A stretch of DNA of 64,000 nt from the human T2T-CHM13v2.0 reference genome, Homo sapiens, in the NCBI RefSeq assembly GCF_009914755.1, contig NC_060929.1; one strand, given 5' to 3'. Position numbers and translations under genes: made by a program. The notes beneath the pieces are model-generated. The model was not told the origin of the DNA, ran no database searches, and was given only the letters and a program-made list of their open reading frames with translations. Shown piece after piece: positions 30,297-45,930 of this stretch; position 1 is the stretch's first letter, and each line of letters starts with the position of its first letter.

Positions 30297-30728
30297 TGTA
30301 TTAGTCAGGGTTCTCTAGAGGGACATAACTAATAGGATAGATACATATATATAAAGGGGAGTTTATTAAGGAATATTAAACTCACAGGATCACAAGGTCC
30401 CGCAATAGGCCATCTTCAAGCTGAGGAGCAAGGAAGCCAGTCCAAGTCCCAAAGTCTGATGTTTGGGGGTAGGAAGCATCCAGCACAGGAGAAAAATGTA
30501 GGCTGGGAGGCTAAGCCAGTCTAATCTTTTCACATTCTCCTGCTTGCTTTTATCCTAGCCACAGTGGCAGCTGATTAGATTGTACCCACCCAGATTAAGG
30601 GTGGGTCTGCCTCTCCCAGCCCACTGTCTCTAATGTTAATCTCCTTTGGCAACACCCTCGCAGACACACCCAGGATCAATACTTTGCATCCTTCAGTCCA
30701 GTCAAGACACTCAGTATTAATCATCACA
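30297..30728 (-). mobile_element. MLT2A-type (ERVL) solo LTR
   Basis: tgtattagtcagggttctctagaggg..cccacccagattaagggtgggtctgcc..tattaatcatcaca; TSD cccct/cccgt. Confidence 0.88.
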
Positions 30729-31809
30729 CCCGTGTATCAGAAATGGACAGATACACAGGCAGAAAATCAGTAAGGACATAATCAAATTCAACAGCACCAT
30801 CAATCAACTTAATAAAATTGACATCTATTGACTACTGTATCCAAACAATAGCAGAATGCACATTCTTCCCAAGCTCACATGGAACATTCACCATGATAGA
30901 CCACATTCGGGGCCATAAAACACACCCTAACAAATTTAAAAGAAAATGTACAATGTCTGCTCTCAGACCACAGTGGAATTAAACTAGAAATCAATAACAG
31001 AAAGATACCTAGAAAATCCCAAAATACTTGGAGATTAAACAACACATATCTAAATGTGTGGGATAAGAAGAAATCTCAAGAGAAACTTTAAAATGTTTTG
31101 AATTAAGATTTTTTTGAAAATGAAAACAATGTAAAAATTTGTGGGATGCAGCAAAAGTAGTGCTTAGAGGGATATTTATAGCATATTAGAAAAGAGATCT
31201 AAAATCAGTAATCTAAGTTTCTATCTTAGGAAGCTAGAAAAAGAAGAGCAAATTAATTCCAAAGTAAGAAGAAAAAAATAATAAAAATTACAGTAGAAAT
31301 CAATGAAATTGAAAACAGCAAGTCAATGAAGAAAACAAAACCAAAAGCTGATTCTCTGAATAGATTAATGAAATTGATAAAGCTCTAGCCAGGCTAAGGA
31401 AAAAAGACAGGACACAAATTACCATTATGAGAAATGAAACAGGAGACATCACTACAGATCCAATGGACATTAATAGGACAATAAAGGAATATTATGAAAA
31501 ACTCTAGGCTCACAAATTCAATAACCTAGATGAAATAGGTCAATCTTTCATGAAAGATACAATCTGCCAAAACTCACATAAGAAAAACTAAGCCATTTGA
31601 ATAGATCCATTTCTATTAAAGAAATTGAATCAATAATTAATAACCATCCCATGTGGGTTCACTAGTGAATTCTACCAAACATATAACAAATTCTTGACAA
31701 TCTCTTCCAAAAGATAGAAGCAGAGTAGCCATTTTTAAGTCAATCTATGAAGCCAACATTACCCTAATTCCAAAATTAGACAAAGATATTAAAAGAAAAC
31801 TATAGATCA

Positions 31810-32018
31810 GTGAGATCACATGGACACAGGGAGGGGAACATCACACATCAGGGCCTGTCGGGGGCTGGGGGGCTGGGGGAGGGATAGTGTCAGGAGAAAC
31901 ACCTAATGTAGACGACGGGTTGATGGGTGCAGCAAACCACCAAGGCATGTGTATACCTAGTAACAAACCTGCACATTCTGCACATGTACCCCAGAACTTA
32001 AAGTATAATAAAAAAAAA
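31810..32018 (+). mobile_element. L1PA 3'-UTR fragment inserted in the older L1
   Basis: catggacacagggaggggaacatcacac..aacctgcacattctgcacatgtaccccagaacttaaagtataat + A tail; flanked by aaaactatagatca / aaaactgcagatca. Confidence 0.9.
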
Positions 32019-32430
32019 TTATCAAGATTTAAAAAAAAACAAAACTGCAGATCAATACATCTCATGAACATAGAGGCAAAAATCCTTAACAAAACATCAG
32101 CAAGTTGAATCCATCAATGTACAAAAAGAATTATACACTACAGCCAAATGGGATTTATCGCAGGTATGCAAGGCCAGTCCAGTATTTGAGACTCAATCAA
32201 TGCATCACACCAACAGGCTAAAGAAGAAAAATCACATAATCATATCAATAGATGCAGAAAGAGCATTTGGGAGAATCCAACACTCATTTATGATTAAAAA
32301 CTCTCAGCAAACTAGGAATACAGGGGGATTTCCTCAGCCTGATAAGTCACATCTACAAAAAACCTGCAGCTAACACCATTGTTCTTTTTTTTTTTTTTTT
32401 TTGGTTCTCCTTTGACTAACACTATTATTC

Positions 32431-32774
<344 letters not shown>

Positions 32775-33074
32775 TAGAAGCTTTTCTAAGACTGGGAACA
32801 AGACAGTTTCCTCTCACCACTCCTTTTCAGCATCATAATGGAAGACCTAGCTAATGGAATAAGAGAAGAAAAGGAAATAAAAACTATACTATAATATTTG
32901 TGAAGGAAGAAATATAACTTTTTATTTGCAGATGACATCGTCTGATTAGAAAATTTGAAAGAATCAACAAAAATATCTGGAATTAATAAGTGATTATAGA
33001 AAAGATTCAGGATACAAGTTTAATATGCAGAAGTCAATACTTTCCTATATACCAGCAATGAATAAGTAAAATTT

Positions 33075-33150
33075 AAAATTTAAAACAATACCATTTACAT
33101 TAGCACTCCAAGAAAATTTAAAACAATACCATTTACATTAGCACTCCAAG
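33075..33150. repeat. perfect 38-bp tandem duplication
   Basis: aaaatttaaaacaataccatttacattagcactccaag x2. Confidence 0.95.
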
Positions 33151-33240
33151 AAATGAAATAATTAGGTATAAATCTAGCAAAGTATTTGTGAAATATATGT
33201 GAGAAAAACAACAAAACTCTGATGCAAGAAATCAAAGAAC

Positions 33241-33370
33241 TAGCCAGGTATTGTGGTGTGTTCCTGTAGTCCTAGCTACTTGGGAGGCTGAGTTAGGAGA
33301 ATTGCTTGAGATCAGGAGTTTGAGACCAGCCTGGGCAACACAGTGAGACCCATCTCAAAAAGAAAAAAAT
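33241..33370 (+). mobile_element. Alu monomer (FLAM-like)
   Basis: Single arm; flanking repeat agaaatcaaagaacta. Confidence 0.85.
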
Positions 33371-33659
33371 AGAAATCAAAGAACTAAAATAAACTAAGAT
33401 ATCTTTAATATCTATTCCATGTTCATGGATAAGAAGACTCAATAAAAAAATATAAAGTTCTTCCAACTTGATTTATAGATTCAACTCAATTCCAATAATA
33501 ATCTCAGCAAGTTATTTTTTGGATATTAGCAAATTGATTCTGAAGTTTACATGGAGAGGCCAGAATAACCAACAACATGGAAGAACAAAGTTGGAGGACT
33601 AACACTACCCAACTTCAAGACTTACTAAAAAACCACAGCAATGAAGACAGTATAGATAA

Positions 33660-34350
33660 GAAATCATCTTACTGTAGTCACAGTGGCTATTATGAAAAAG
33701 ACAAAAAAACAAAAACAGATGTTGGTGAGGGTGCAGAGAAAAGGGAACTCTCATACACTGTTGGTGTGAATGTAAATCAGTACAACCTCTATGGAAAACA
33801 GTACGGAGATTTCTCAAATAACTAAAAATAGAATGACCATTTGATCCAGGAATCCCACTATTAGGCATCTACCCAAAAGAAAAGGAAGGTATATATCAAA
33901 AAGATTCCTGCACTTGTATGTTTATCGTAGCACTATTCACAATAGTAAAGATAACAGAATCAGTCTAAGTATTCAGCAGTGGATGATTGGATAAAGAAAA
34001 TGTGGTACATATACACAATAGAATACTATTCAGTCATAAAAAAGAATGAAATCATGTCTTTTGCAGCAAAATGGATGGAACTGAAAGTCATTATCTTAAG
34101 TGAAACAAGCCAGACACAGAAAGTCAAGTATCAAGGTTTCACTCATAAATGGGTGCTAACAAATGTGTGCACATGGGCTTAGTGCAGTGTTAGATAATGG
34201 AGACTCATAAGGGTGTGATGTGGGGTGGATGATGAGAAATTAATGAGTACAATGTATGTTATTTGGGTTATGGATACTCTAAAAGCTGTGACTACTATGC
34301 AATTTATACATGTAACAGAATTGCACTTGTACTCCATAAGTTTACACACA
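33660..34350 (+). mobile_element. L1MA-type 3' end
   Basis: gagaaaagggaactctcatacactgttggtg, ggataaagaaaatgtggtac and aaaagaatgaaatcatgtc motifs. Confidence 0.88.
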
Positions 34351-34698
34351 AGAAAAGTATGGTATTGGCAAAATTTTCCCATTGTTTCTGTGTATTTTCT
34401 AGATTGATATAAACGTATTATGTTTGGAAAGACACAACATTAAAATTAAATTTTCAAGCCATAACAACTATATATTTAAAATACTTATAAAATCACAACT
34501 TACTCCCTCCCAGCACCCCCCAAACAGGAACCTTAGTAAACATTACTATCAGAGTTTTATTTAGCTAAAAATATAGTCTTGCAGTATACCTGGGAGTTTA
34601 ATATGGTAGTTATTTGTAGTATTAGCATAATAAGATTATTCAGACAGAAGCTTTCTTTTTTGCTACAAAAAATTCCATGGATTTTATAAGGAGAATAA

Positions 34699-35059
<361 letters not shown>

Positions 35060-35203
35060 TTAGACTTTTAAAGAGTCCTTATGAGACCTGGCTTGAGAAC
35101 AAGCATGGACTTTAAGCATGAAAATGTCAATTGAGCCAAAGCTGATATTAGACATTTGTAAAGGTTAGCAGCTTGCCTTAAATAATTGTTTCAATTTTTC
35201 CAG

Positions 35204-35331
35204 ATGCTGTTGAGATATATTTCATAAGAAGTATCAATGCATATCGAGCAACATTGGGCTCAGAGGATTTTGAAACACTGAGCACCACTGAAGAATTTTG
35301 CAAATGGCTTGTCCAAAATGGAGAAAAACAG
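35204..35331 (+). CDS. TTC23L: TTC23L coding exon
   Basis: tttttccag| acceptor; (D)[42 protein letters not shown]; CAG|gtaaat donor; 128 nt, phase 1-0. Confidence 0.93.
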
Positions 35332-35501
35332 GTAAATATGATCAATGCATAAACAGAATTGCTAGTTTGTTTATTAGATCACAATAGCATTTTTCATCTT
35401 ACAATTCAGATACTGGAGATCAGATAGGTCCCAGATAAAACTAGGCAAGAACCACATTGTTTCATTCTTTGCTAGCATTAACCGAATTATTTTTTTTTCA
35501 G

Positions 35502-35594
35502 ATTGGTTTCATTCTTTTGATGAAACTGAGCAACTCTGTCCGACAAGATTTAGTTTGTACTTGGAAACTGCAGAGTAGGCTCAAAGTATTTTAG
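35502..35594 (+). CDS. candidate alternative terminal exon of TTC23L (retrocopy-derived)
   Basis: ttaac branch-like motif and T-run+cag acceptor at 35501; phase-0 frame IGFILLMKLSNSVRQDLVCTWKLQSRLKVF*; AATAAA at 36055. Confidence 0.4.
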   Translation: MGFILLMKLSNSVRQDLVCTWKLQSRLKVF

Positions 35595-35667
35595 AGGGAC
35601 TCGATATTGATGGCAAAAGAAAATTGGCAGCCATATGTTTGCTTCTAACGGTTCCCTCTCTGACAAA

Positions 35668-36008
<341 letters not shown>

Positions 36009-36791
36009 TAATGTTATGGTTCCCTTTCTGTAAAATGTTATTTTTGGTGATCTAAATAAAGCCTGTCTTGTTTGGAGAAAAAAATAAGAATAAAACTAGG
36101 AATAATACACAGGGCTTAGGTGGCTTGGAATATTAGTAAAAAAATATTTTTCTTGTATCTTGATACATGAGATCCTTCAAATCCAGCACACATGATCTCT
36201 GGCATTGTAAATTTAATATTTTAAGTCAAAATTGGCTTCCATCTTCGGATCTAGCTACTAGTTCTTTTCTTTTGCAGTAGTGGTTTTCTCTTGATCTGAT
36301 AGGTTTTTATTAGCCACAATCTTGTTTTCACATTTAAAAAGTTATAGAGAATAATTGTTATTGCTGACCTTTTTACTTAGAAGTCCCATGAGTCTAAGCT
36401 ATCATTCAAAACCTTTTGACTTGAACTTTATATATTCACTGCAGCATGAACACAGTGAAGACCTTTGTCTGTCATAAGATCCCACATGACTTTGATCTGA
36501 CCAAGCCAACTTTATACTTCCTCAGAAGAGTGAGAAATATGGATAGATTTGACATGGTCTTATTGGCCATGTAAAAACCAGTTTAAGAGTAGAGTTACAG
36601 GCACATAATAAGTAAAAATTTATTTCCAGGAATGAAGAACAGTTTTTTTTATATCATATCTAAACATTTTTTATAAATGATGACGTTTTCTTTATTTCAA
36701 TTTTAATTGCCATTTGTAAAGACAAAAACCTTATAATGATTTGCAACCTTTTTTCTGTGGCCATGATATTTTCTGTTGGTTTAGAAGACTG

Positions 36792-37077
<286 letters not shown>

Positions 37078-37640
37078 GGTTCAGAAGATTAACATGAGAT
37101 CCCAATGCCATGGGTTGATCTAATAACTTTCTTTTCAAAGATGTGAAAATACGTTACCAGAATTTAATACCTTATCCTTGTTATATTCTGGTGCAGTGAA
37201 TACCATGACCTTGGTTGTGACAAACCACCAGTACCACCACCAGTACCAATGCCTGATAATCCTCCACTTCTAACCAAGTACTTTCTAGTATACCAAGCTC
37301 CTGGACAAAGCCACCAAAGGACCTGAGTGCCAGGTGGCTCCAAATCTAAACCATAAGCAGGACGGACTATGGACAAGTCAGCTTTACCATTAGGAAGCAA
37401 GTGCCATGAGGGCAGGAATTTTTGTTTGTTTTGTTCACTGCAGTGTCCTCACTGCCTGAAACACTAACTGGCACATAGAAGATGCCTGATAACTTTTGAA
37501 TGAAACTGCTGAATTTTATAACACATTTCCCATATTTAAAAGTAGCTCGTTCTCCTGCCTCCAAGCTTCATGTGAGGCTCTAGGCCTGTCCTAGAGGACC
37601 ATAACAGAAACTCACAAGACTTGGGAATTGTTCCCATGGA

Positions 37641-37642
<2 letters not shown>

Positions 37643-37688
<46 letters not shown>
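37643..37688. repeat. (AC)23 microsatellite
   Basis: Directly visible. Confidence 0.95.
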
Positions 37689-37691
<3 letters not shown>

Positions 37692-37746
37692 ATCTTTTGA
37701 TAAGTAGTTTAATCTGCCATGGATAAAAAATAAAACTCATTCATCT

Positions 37747-38550
<804 letters not shown>

Positions 38551-39555
38551 GAATAGCTAGATTCACTCAAAGGAAAAGAGAGAAGACTAAAATAAATAAA
38601 ATCAGAAATGAAAGAAGAGACATTAAGCTGATGCCACAACAATTAAAAGGAATATAAGAGACTACTATGAATAATTATATGTCAACAAATTGGATAACCT
38701 AAAAGAAAAGGATAAAATTCTAGAAACATATTACCTACCAAGACTGAATCATGAAGAAATAGAAAATCTAAGTAGACATTTAATCAGTAATCAAAAACCT
38801 TCTTACAAATAAAAGCCCAGGACCAGATGGCTTCATTGGTGAATTCTACCAAACATTTAAAGAAGAATTAATATTGCTAATTCTTTTCAAACTCTTCCAT
38901 TTTCTGGAAGAGGAGGACACACTTTCAAACTCTTTTTATGAGGCCAGCATTACTCTGACATCAAAGCCATAAAAAGACACTACAAGAACACTACAGGTCA
39001 ATATCCCTGAATGCATATAGATGCAAAAATTCTCAACAAAACACTAGCAAACCAAATTTAACAGCACATTAAAAGAGTCATGCACCATCACCAAGTGGGA
39101 TTTATCCCTGGGATGTAAGAATGGTTTGGCATACAAAAATCAATCAATGAGATACACCACCTTAACAGAATGAAGGATAAAAGTCAGATGATACTCTGAG
39201 ATGCAGAAAAAGCATTGGACAAAATTCAATACCTTTTCATGATTAAAAAGAAAAACTGCCAACAAAGAAGGAATAGAAGGAAATTACCTCAACATAATAA
39301 AGGCCATACATATATGCAAAGCCTACAGCTAATACCATACTTAATGGTGAAAAACTGAAAGCTTTTCCTTTAAGATCAGGAACAAAAGAAGGATGCCCAC
39401 TTTTGCCACCTCTATTCAACATAGTACTGGAAGTACTAGCCAGAGCAGTTAGGCAGGAAAGATAAATAAAAAACATCCAAATATGAACAGAAGTAGAATT
39501 ATTTCTGTTTGCTGAATGACATGATGTTATGTAGAAAACCCTAATGATCACATAC

Positions 39556-39588
<33 letters not shown>

Positions 39589-39785
39589 ACCTGTTTGAAC
39601 TAATAAACTCAACTAAATTATAGGAAACAAAATCAGCATACAAAAATCAGTTGTATTTTTATATGCTAACGTTGAACAATTTGAAAAAAAAAGTAAGAAA
39701 ACAATCCCATTTACAATAGCATCAAAAAGAATAAAATACTTAGGAATAAACCAAGGAGGTGAAAGACTTATACACTGAAAAAAAT
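38551..39785 (+). mobile_element. L1 ORF2 internal fragment
   Basis: aaaatcagaaatgaaag, agcccaggaccagatggcttca, agatgcaaaaattctcaac and ggatgcccactttt motifs; (CA)n at about 39550-39588. Confidence 0.9.
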
Positions 39786-40488
39786 AAATAGGAAAATAAC
39801 AAATTATATGCATGCTTTCCTACTCTAAAAAATGCAAAAATATTACAGTAGTAGCCTTGAGATTCCTGATTTATTGGCAGTGTTCTCTGGAAAGCAGCAA
39901 TTGACATCCCTTTTATGTTTGTTGTTCTGACATGCCACATTAGGGATGATGATTACATGTTCAACCCAATTATGAAGAAATGTCTGTTACATCTGTCAAC
40001 ATAGATAATTCAGGCAGTGAGTGGGTGATGTACAGTTCTTGAGGGAGCCAGCAATAATACCTCTTCACCTTCCCTAAAGAAAGCACATTGGGAAGGCAAA
40101 TGAGTACAAGCACCTTTGTCCTATGAATAATTTCCAGTGTATACTTAATTTATTTTTGCTGTATAGTAAGTAGTTAACAGTGAGAGCTTTGCTGAAAGAC
40201 AATTAGCCTAGACCTTTTAAAAATGTCAATGTTATGAAAGACCAAAAGGGCAGGAGAACTGTAACAGATTAAAGAATCATGAAAACTAAATGCAATACAT
40301 GATGATTAGATGCTAGATTTTAAGGAGGTGTAAAGAACATTACTGGAACAATTGGGAAATTTGAACATGGAGCTTGTATCAGGAAACGCTGTTGTATTGA
40401 TGTAAGATTTCTTGAATGATAATGTTATTGTAGATATGTAGGAAAATGTTCTTGTTCTAAGAAGACACATGCTTAAGTATTTAGTGGT

Positions 40489-40793
40489 GGCCATATGCGA
40501 TGGCTCATGCCTGTCTGTAATTCCAGTAATTTGGGAGGCCAAGGCAGGAGGATCACTTGAGCCCAGGAGTTCATGACCAACCTGGGAAACATAGTGGGAC
40601 CCCATTTCTACAATAAATAAATAAATAAATAAGCTGAGCAGAGTAGTGCACAACTATAGTCCCAGCTACTTTAGAGGCTGACGTAGAGGATCATTTGAGC
40701 CTGGGAGGTCAAGGCTACATGAGCCCTGATCACACCCCTGCACGCCAGCCTGAGCAACAGAGTGAGGCCCTGTCTAAAAAAAAAAAGAAAGAA
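40489..40793 (+). mobile_element. Alu (J-like)
   Basis: Diverged Alu dimer within an old L1 3' fragment. Confidence 0.88.
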
Positions 40794-41431
40794 ACCATTT
40801 AGGAGTAAAGTATCTTGATTACCTACAACTTATTTTCAACAAAAATATGTGTGTGTATGCATGTATATTTATATATAGAGAGAGACATTACTTTTTAAGA
40901 AGAGAAAAATAAAGCAAACGTGGCAAAATTGTAGCAATGTGTGAATCTAGGCGAAAATTGTATGGGTATTTATTTTACTATTCTTTTAGCTTTTCTGAAG
41001 GTTTGAAAAAAATTAAAATAAAAAATAGGTGAACAAAAAGAGTGAGGGCTGTGGAATTCAGACTGCCTGGTGTTGGAATTCTGACACTGCTAATCATAGG
41101 CTCTATGATCTGGGGCAAGATCCTTAGCTGTTATTAGTTTCCATTCCTTCATCTGTAAAATGAGTATAATAACAGTTCCTCTCTTGTAGGGCAGCCATGA
41201 AGATTAAATAGTATTATATGAATTAACTATTATTAATTACAAGCTTGGAACTTTAATTCTTAATACAAATTACTTAGGTGACACATCACAACGGACTGAT
41301 CCTGGTGGGTTATGTCATTGTTGGGTACAATGCCTTCTCCATAGAGCTCAGGGAACAGAACCAGCATGCTCCTTCGGAATTGCCAGGCTGATTTAAAAAA
41401 AAAAAAAAAAAAAAAACGTTTTATCCCTCAG

Positions 41432-41581
41432 GAGGCTTACAGACTGCTAAAGGCTTCATTAAAGTCCCAGGTATTCAGCTACAGTGACTATAGCAAAAAT
41501 GTGGCTGAAACTTTTCATAATACGGGCAGGATCTGCTTTGCCAAAGGAGAGCCCAGAAAGGCAATTCAGCTGCTGAGGAAG
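41432..41581 (+). CDS. TTC23L: cryptic/relic TTC23L exon (TPR-like) with weak GC donor
   Basis: ttttatccctcag| acceptor; 150 nt, phase 0-0; EAYRLLKASLKSQVFSYSDYSKNVAETFHNTGRICFAKGEPRKAIQLLRK, resembling the C-terminal TPR region of paralog TTC23; donor is AAG|gcgact. Confidence 0.72.
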
Positions 41582-42991
41582 GCGACTTTTGGCTGGTTTC
41601 GTTACATTTTCCCCTGGGCTTGTAAGCAGGATGTGAGGAGGGATGTATGTACATATGTATGCATGTATATATGTATTTTCCCTTCCCTTCCATTTCATTC
41701 CATCTCTCCTTTTCTCTTTTTAAGTGATGTGTTATCTTTTGAAAATTGTCTGCTTTGTTAGATATGCTGAGGGAGAATATGATACAAAAACTTTAGTTGA
41801 GTCCCTATCTGGACAAGGGTCTTAAAAGAGTAACACCCTAATCTTGAAATCCAAGTATGATAGTGGCAGCATCTCTTGAAAGCACTTCAAGGTTGAGTGG
41901 AATTAGTAATACCTTGTTTAACCATCCATACCCAAGTACTCATTTCCCTTCCAGAGAGCTCATTCCCTTGCAGTGGGGTGTGGCAAGAGGTGTTCAACCA
42001 GTCAGTGTACTGACAGAATGAATCTAAAGGCTTAGTAAAATAGGTGGGGATGTCTCTACATAAAACCTAAGTTTATTCAAAGTCAGAGGAAAAGTTGGTA
42101 AAGATCAAGTAATACTCAAATGAGCAGAGGGTGGAGTCAGAAGCAGTCTACATCAGGTTCGCAGGGAGTTTCATCTGATTTCAGGGTAACCTAATGTGAT
42201 CAGAAAATAGTAAATAACAGAAGAAAGAGGAACTCATTTTGAAGATTCAGAGAAAAAGCCCCCTGAATGTAAGTTATAGGAGCCAGAATAGCTTTTCCAG
42301 GGAAGCATGAACACGCGGATGACATCTGGGTAATGGGGGCAGAAGCCTGAAAGGAGAGAAAACTTTGAAATGAAAAGATGACAATCTGAGGATAAGAAAT
42401 GAGATGAAATGGAAAATGATGAGTGAAATGAGCAGGGGTTCCAGGGAAACAAGTCTAATAAAATTCAAATCCACACTGAAAATAATGAAGACTCTTAACA
42501 TGGAGTGATACTGGAGTATTGTTTCTCAAATCTAGAATTGCAACACAGTAGGAAACAAAACAAAACAAGCAAAAAACAAATTCCTGAGTCTCACCCCAGA
42601 CCATCTGAATTAGAAGTTTTAAGAATTGTGTACAGAATCTGTTTTTTTAATAGTTCGTGAGGCAGTTTTAATATCCTGCCAATTTTAAGAATCAAGATTG
42701 ATAAACTTAAAAAGCTCTCTTAGAACGCAGAGTGAAAGAAGAGAGGGGTCTCATGAGAAAGTAGTTGGTATGCAGGACAAAGTAGAGATTCAGCCAAATA
42801 ATTGTATGTATTTCTGAAGAAATTATGATTGGAATAGAAGCTGTAATCAGTGATATCATTGAAGACAAATGTTCTGAAATAAAAAAAGACCATAGCATAT
42901 ACATTGTAAGGATTTACCATGTTTCACACAAAGTCAGTGTAAGGAGAGGCTCATTTAGATTTTTACCTGGCAATAAATTTTTGTTGGCATG

Positions 42992-43248
42992 TGCAGTAGA
43001 TGGAATGCTTGTGTCCCTTCAAAATTCATATGTTGAAACCTAATCTTCGATGTGGTGGTGTTTGGAGATGGGACCTTTAGAAGGTGACTAGGACTCAAGG
43101 TGGAGCCTTCATGAATGGGATTAGTGCCCTTTTAAAAGAGACCTCAAAGAGCCTCCTTGCCCCTTCCACCATGTGAGTTTACAGAAAGAAGATGGCTGTC
43201 AATGAATCAGGAAGTGGGCCCTCACCTGACACGAAATGGACTAAGACA
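42992..43248 (+). mobile_element. MLT1A-type solo LTR, internally deleted
   Basis: aaaattcatatgttgaaacctaat..catgaatgggattagtgccct..ggactaagaca; perfect TSD gcatg. Confidence 0.85.
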
Positions 43249-43487
43249 GCATGGCTACATCCTCCATTTGTAATAGGGATTCAACTTGCAGATTTAGGAT
43301 GCCATAAGCCTAGGTAGGGGCTACATCTTTGTTATCAGCTTAGGAAACAAATGAAATGTAGTGCAGGTGTTTGAAATGTAAACTTGTGACAAGATCTCAG
43401 TTCCGCTGGTCCTTTCCTGAGTTTGGTTTGCAGTTAAGGTGCTTGCTATCTGATTCTCTTTAACCTGTTGTTTCTCACCTCACCTAG

Positions 43488-43570
43488 TGTCTGATGATTC
43501 AAATCTTTGTATATGGAGGTGAACACAGTAGAAGTAGGGAGACAAAGAGCCTCCTTACCCTGTGGCAGAG
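43488..43570 (+). CDS. TTC23L: cryptic/relic TTC23L exon
   Basis: tttctcacctcacctag| acceptor; CLMIQIFVYGGEHSRSRETKSLLTLWQ(R), similar to the TTC23 'CLQIQ..YG' segment; consensus AG|gtgagt donor; 83 nt, phase 0-2. Confidence 0.75.
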
Positions 43571-44861
43571 GTGAGTTCTGGCCCTGGCCATCAGCCATGT
43601 CATCAATGTGGATATATGCATGGCATGGCCTCTCCCAGTTCAACCAGGTAGGGGTGATTCACTTCTATCAGTCTTGCTAGTAAGGCAAAATCCTACCTGT
43701 GTATGAATTTGACCAAATCCTATACTTGGGGAAATTAGTTGATTTCTTACAGTCTCATAGAACCCAGTATTAATAGGGTCTGCTGCAGTAATATTTAGTA
43801 TTTATAATATCCCTTTCAATGCTGAGCATTATAGAAAAGCCCCGCAAGACAAGGTTGTTGTTGATCACAGTGTGATAGTTATGATATGGATTCAGAGAAA
43901 GTAAATGAGTACCTTAAAATAATTTTTCTTGCTGAACATACAAAGTCTAGGTCCCTAAACATAAGGCAAGTTTTTTTAGGATACAGTTGTCTCCAAAGTT
44001 AATAATGACAGAACCTCTTCAGATTCTTTTTTTAAATGTTTAGAATTTAAGTCAAAGAGAGTTTTGTATAGACTTGTCTCAGTCTTTAACCTTGACGTTA
44101 TCAATGACGCTTATCATTGACATTTGTTTGTCTCAGAATAGTATTGACCTCGAACTGTTCTCTTCTAAGAGGGAAGAGAACAAAAACTTGTTGAATTTAT
44201 ACCAAATTCATAAAACTGAGCTAGGTCCTATTCATAAAGTATTTAATGTAATCCTCACAAATACCCGGTGTGATAGCTCTCATTTAACAGAAGGGAGCTT
44301 GATGTTTTATAATGGAATTTGCCTAAATTCACTCAGTCTTGGAGATTTGGACTCAAATAAGTGTGACTCTAAAGGCCATGTGTTTTTCCCTGAGAGCCCT
44401 CTAACAGAGGTGCATTGCTGCTGAGAGTTAGGACCCTGAATGTGTTCACCAGCGGTGGCTGATAATTGGTCCCCTTCTCAACAGGTTCACTATGCTAGAC
44501 AGGTGGGGAAGATCATGCCATGGAGAATACATTGAGCCCTCCTATCCACACCCCCTTCAGTCAGAGCCACACCTGAGGTGGGCCCCACAGGAGACTATCT
44601 CCTGTTTTATCATTACCCAGAGGAGGATGTTCTCCAGCCTCTGTCAATAATTCCTGTGTTACAAGGATACAGAGGATCAGCCACAGGACAAAATGGGGAA
44701 CTTTGCTCCCTGCCTGTTGGTGTATATGAAAGCATGTTTTCTTAATCAGTAACTGTAAAAATATTAATAACTATAATGTAGAAGTTTTTCCATTTCCTTG
44801 GCACTGTATTATACATTTAGATATACTTTTTCTGATTTATAAACCACATTATTAGGTGGGG

Positions 44862-45132
<271 letters not shown>

Positions 45133-45158
45133 GTGAGTGTTTTTATCTTCCATGTTCA

Positions 45159-45512
<354 letters not shown>

Positions 45513-45811
45513 TCATAAGATAGCTGGTAAATGTAAGATTTGAATCCGGGTTGATCAGATTTCAAAAATGCCATTTCACTAATGTAATACAGATTCTGAC
45601 TTTGATGAATTTGAGTATACGTATGAGGATACCTGTTCAGCAGGCAAGGCTCCAAAACCCATTTTACATGTGGGAAAACTGAAGTTTTATGATTTACTGA
45701 AGTTAACTCACCCAGGAAGAGACAAAGGTAGAATTTTAATCTGGGTCTCTCTGACTCCAGGATCTGTACTCCAGGAAGTGTAGCTTACAATCTGAAGACA
45801 GACTGCCTGGA

Positions 45812-45930
45812 GTTTTTTTTAAAAGATGAGGTCTTTCTGTGTTGCCCGGGCTGGTCCAAACTTCTGTGGCCGGTCTTCTTGCTTCTGCCTCCCAAGTAGC
45901 TGGGATTATAGGCATCTGCCACTGCACCCA
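45812..45930 (-). mobile_element. Alu monomer
   Basis: Short diverged antisense arm. Confidence 0.75.

Noticed and set aside
41366-41761. 131-aa ORF as a stand-alone gene
   Set aside because: Only 41432-41581 is TPR-like; the poly-K and the tail are intronic read-through.
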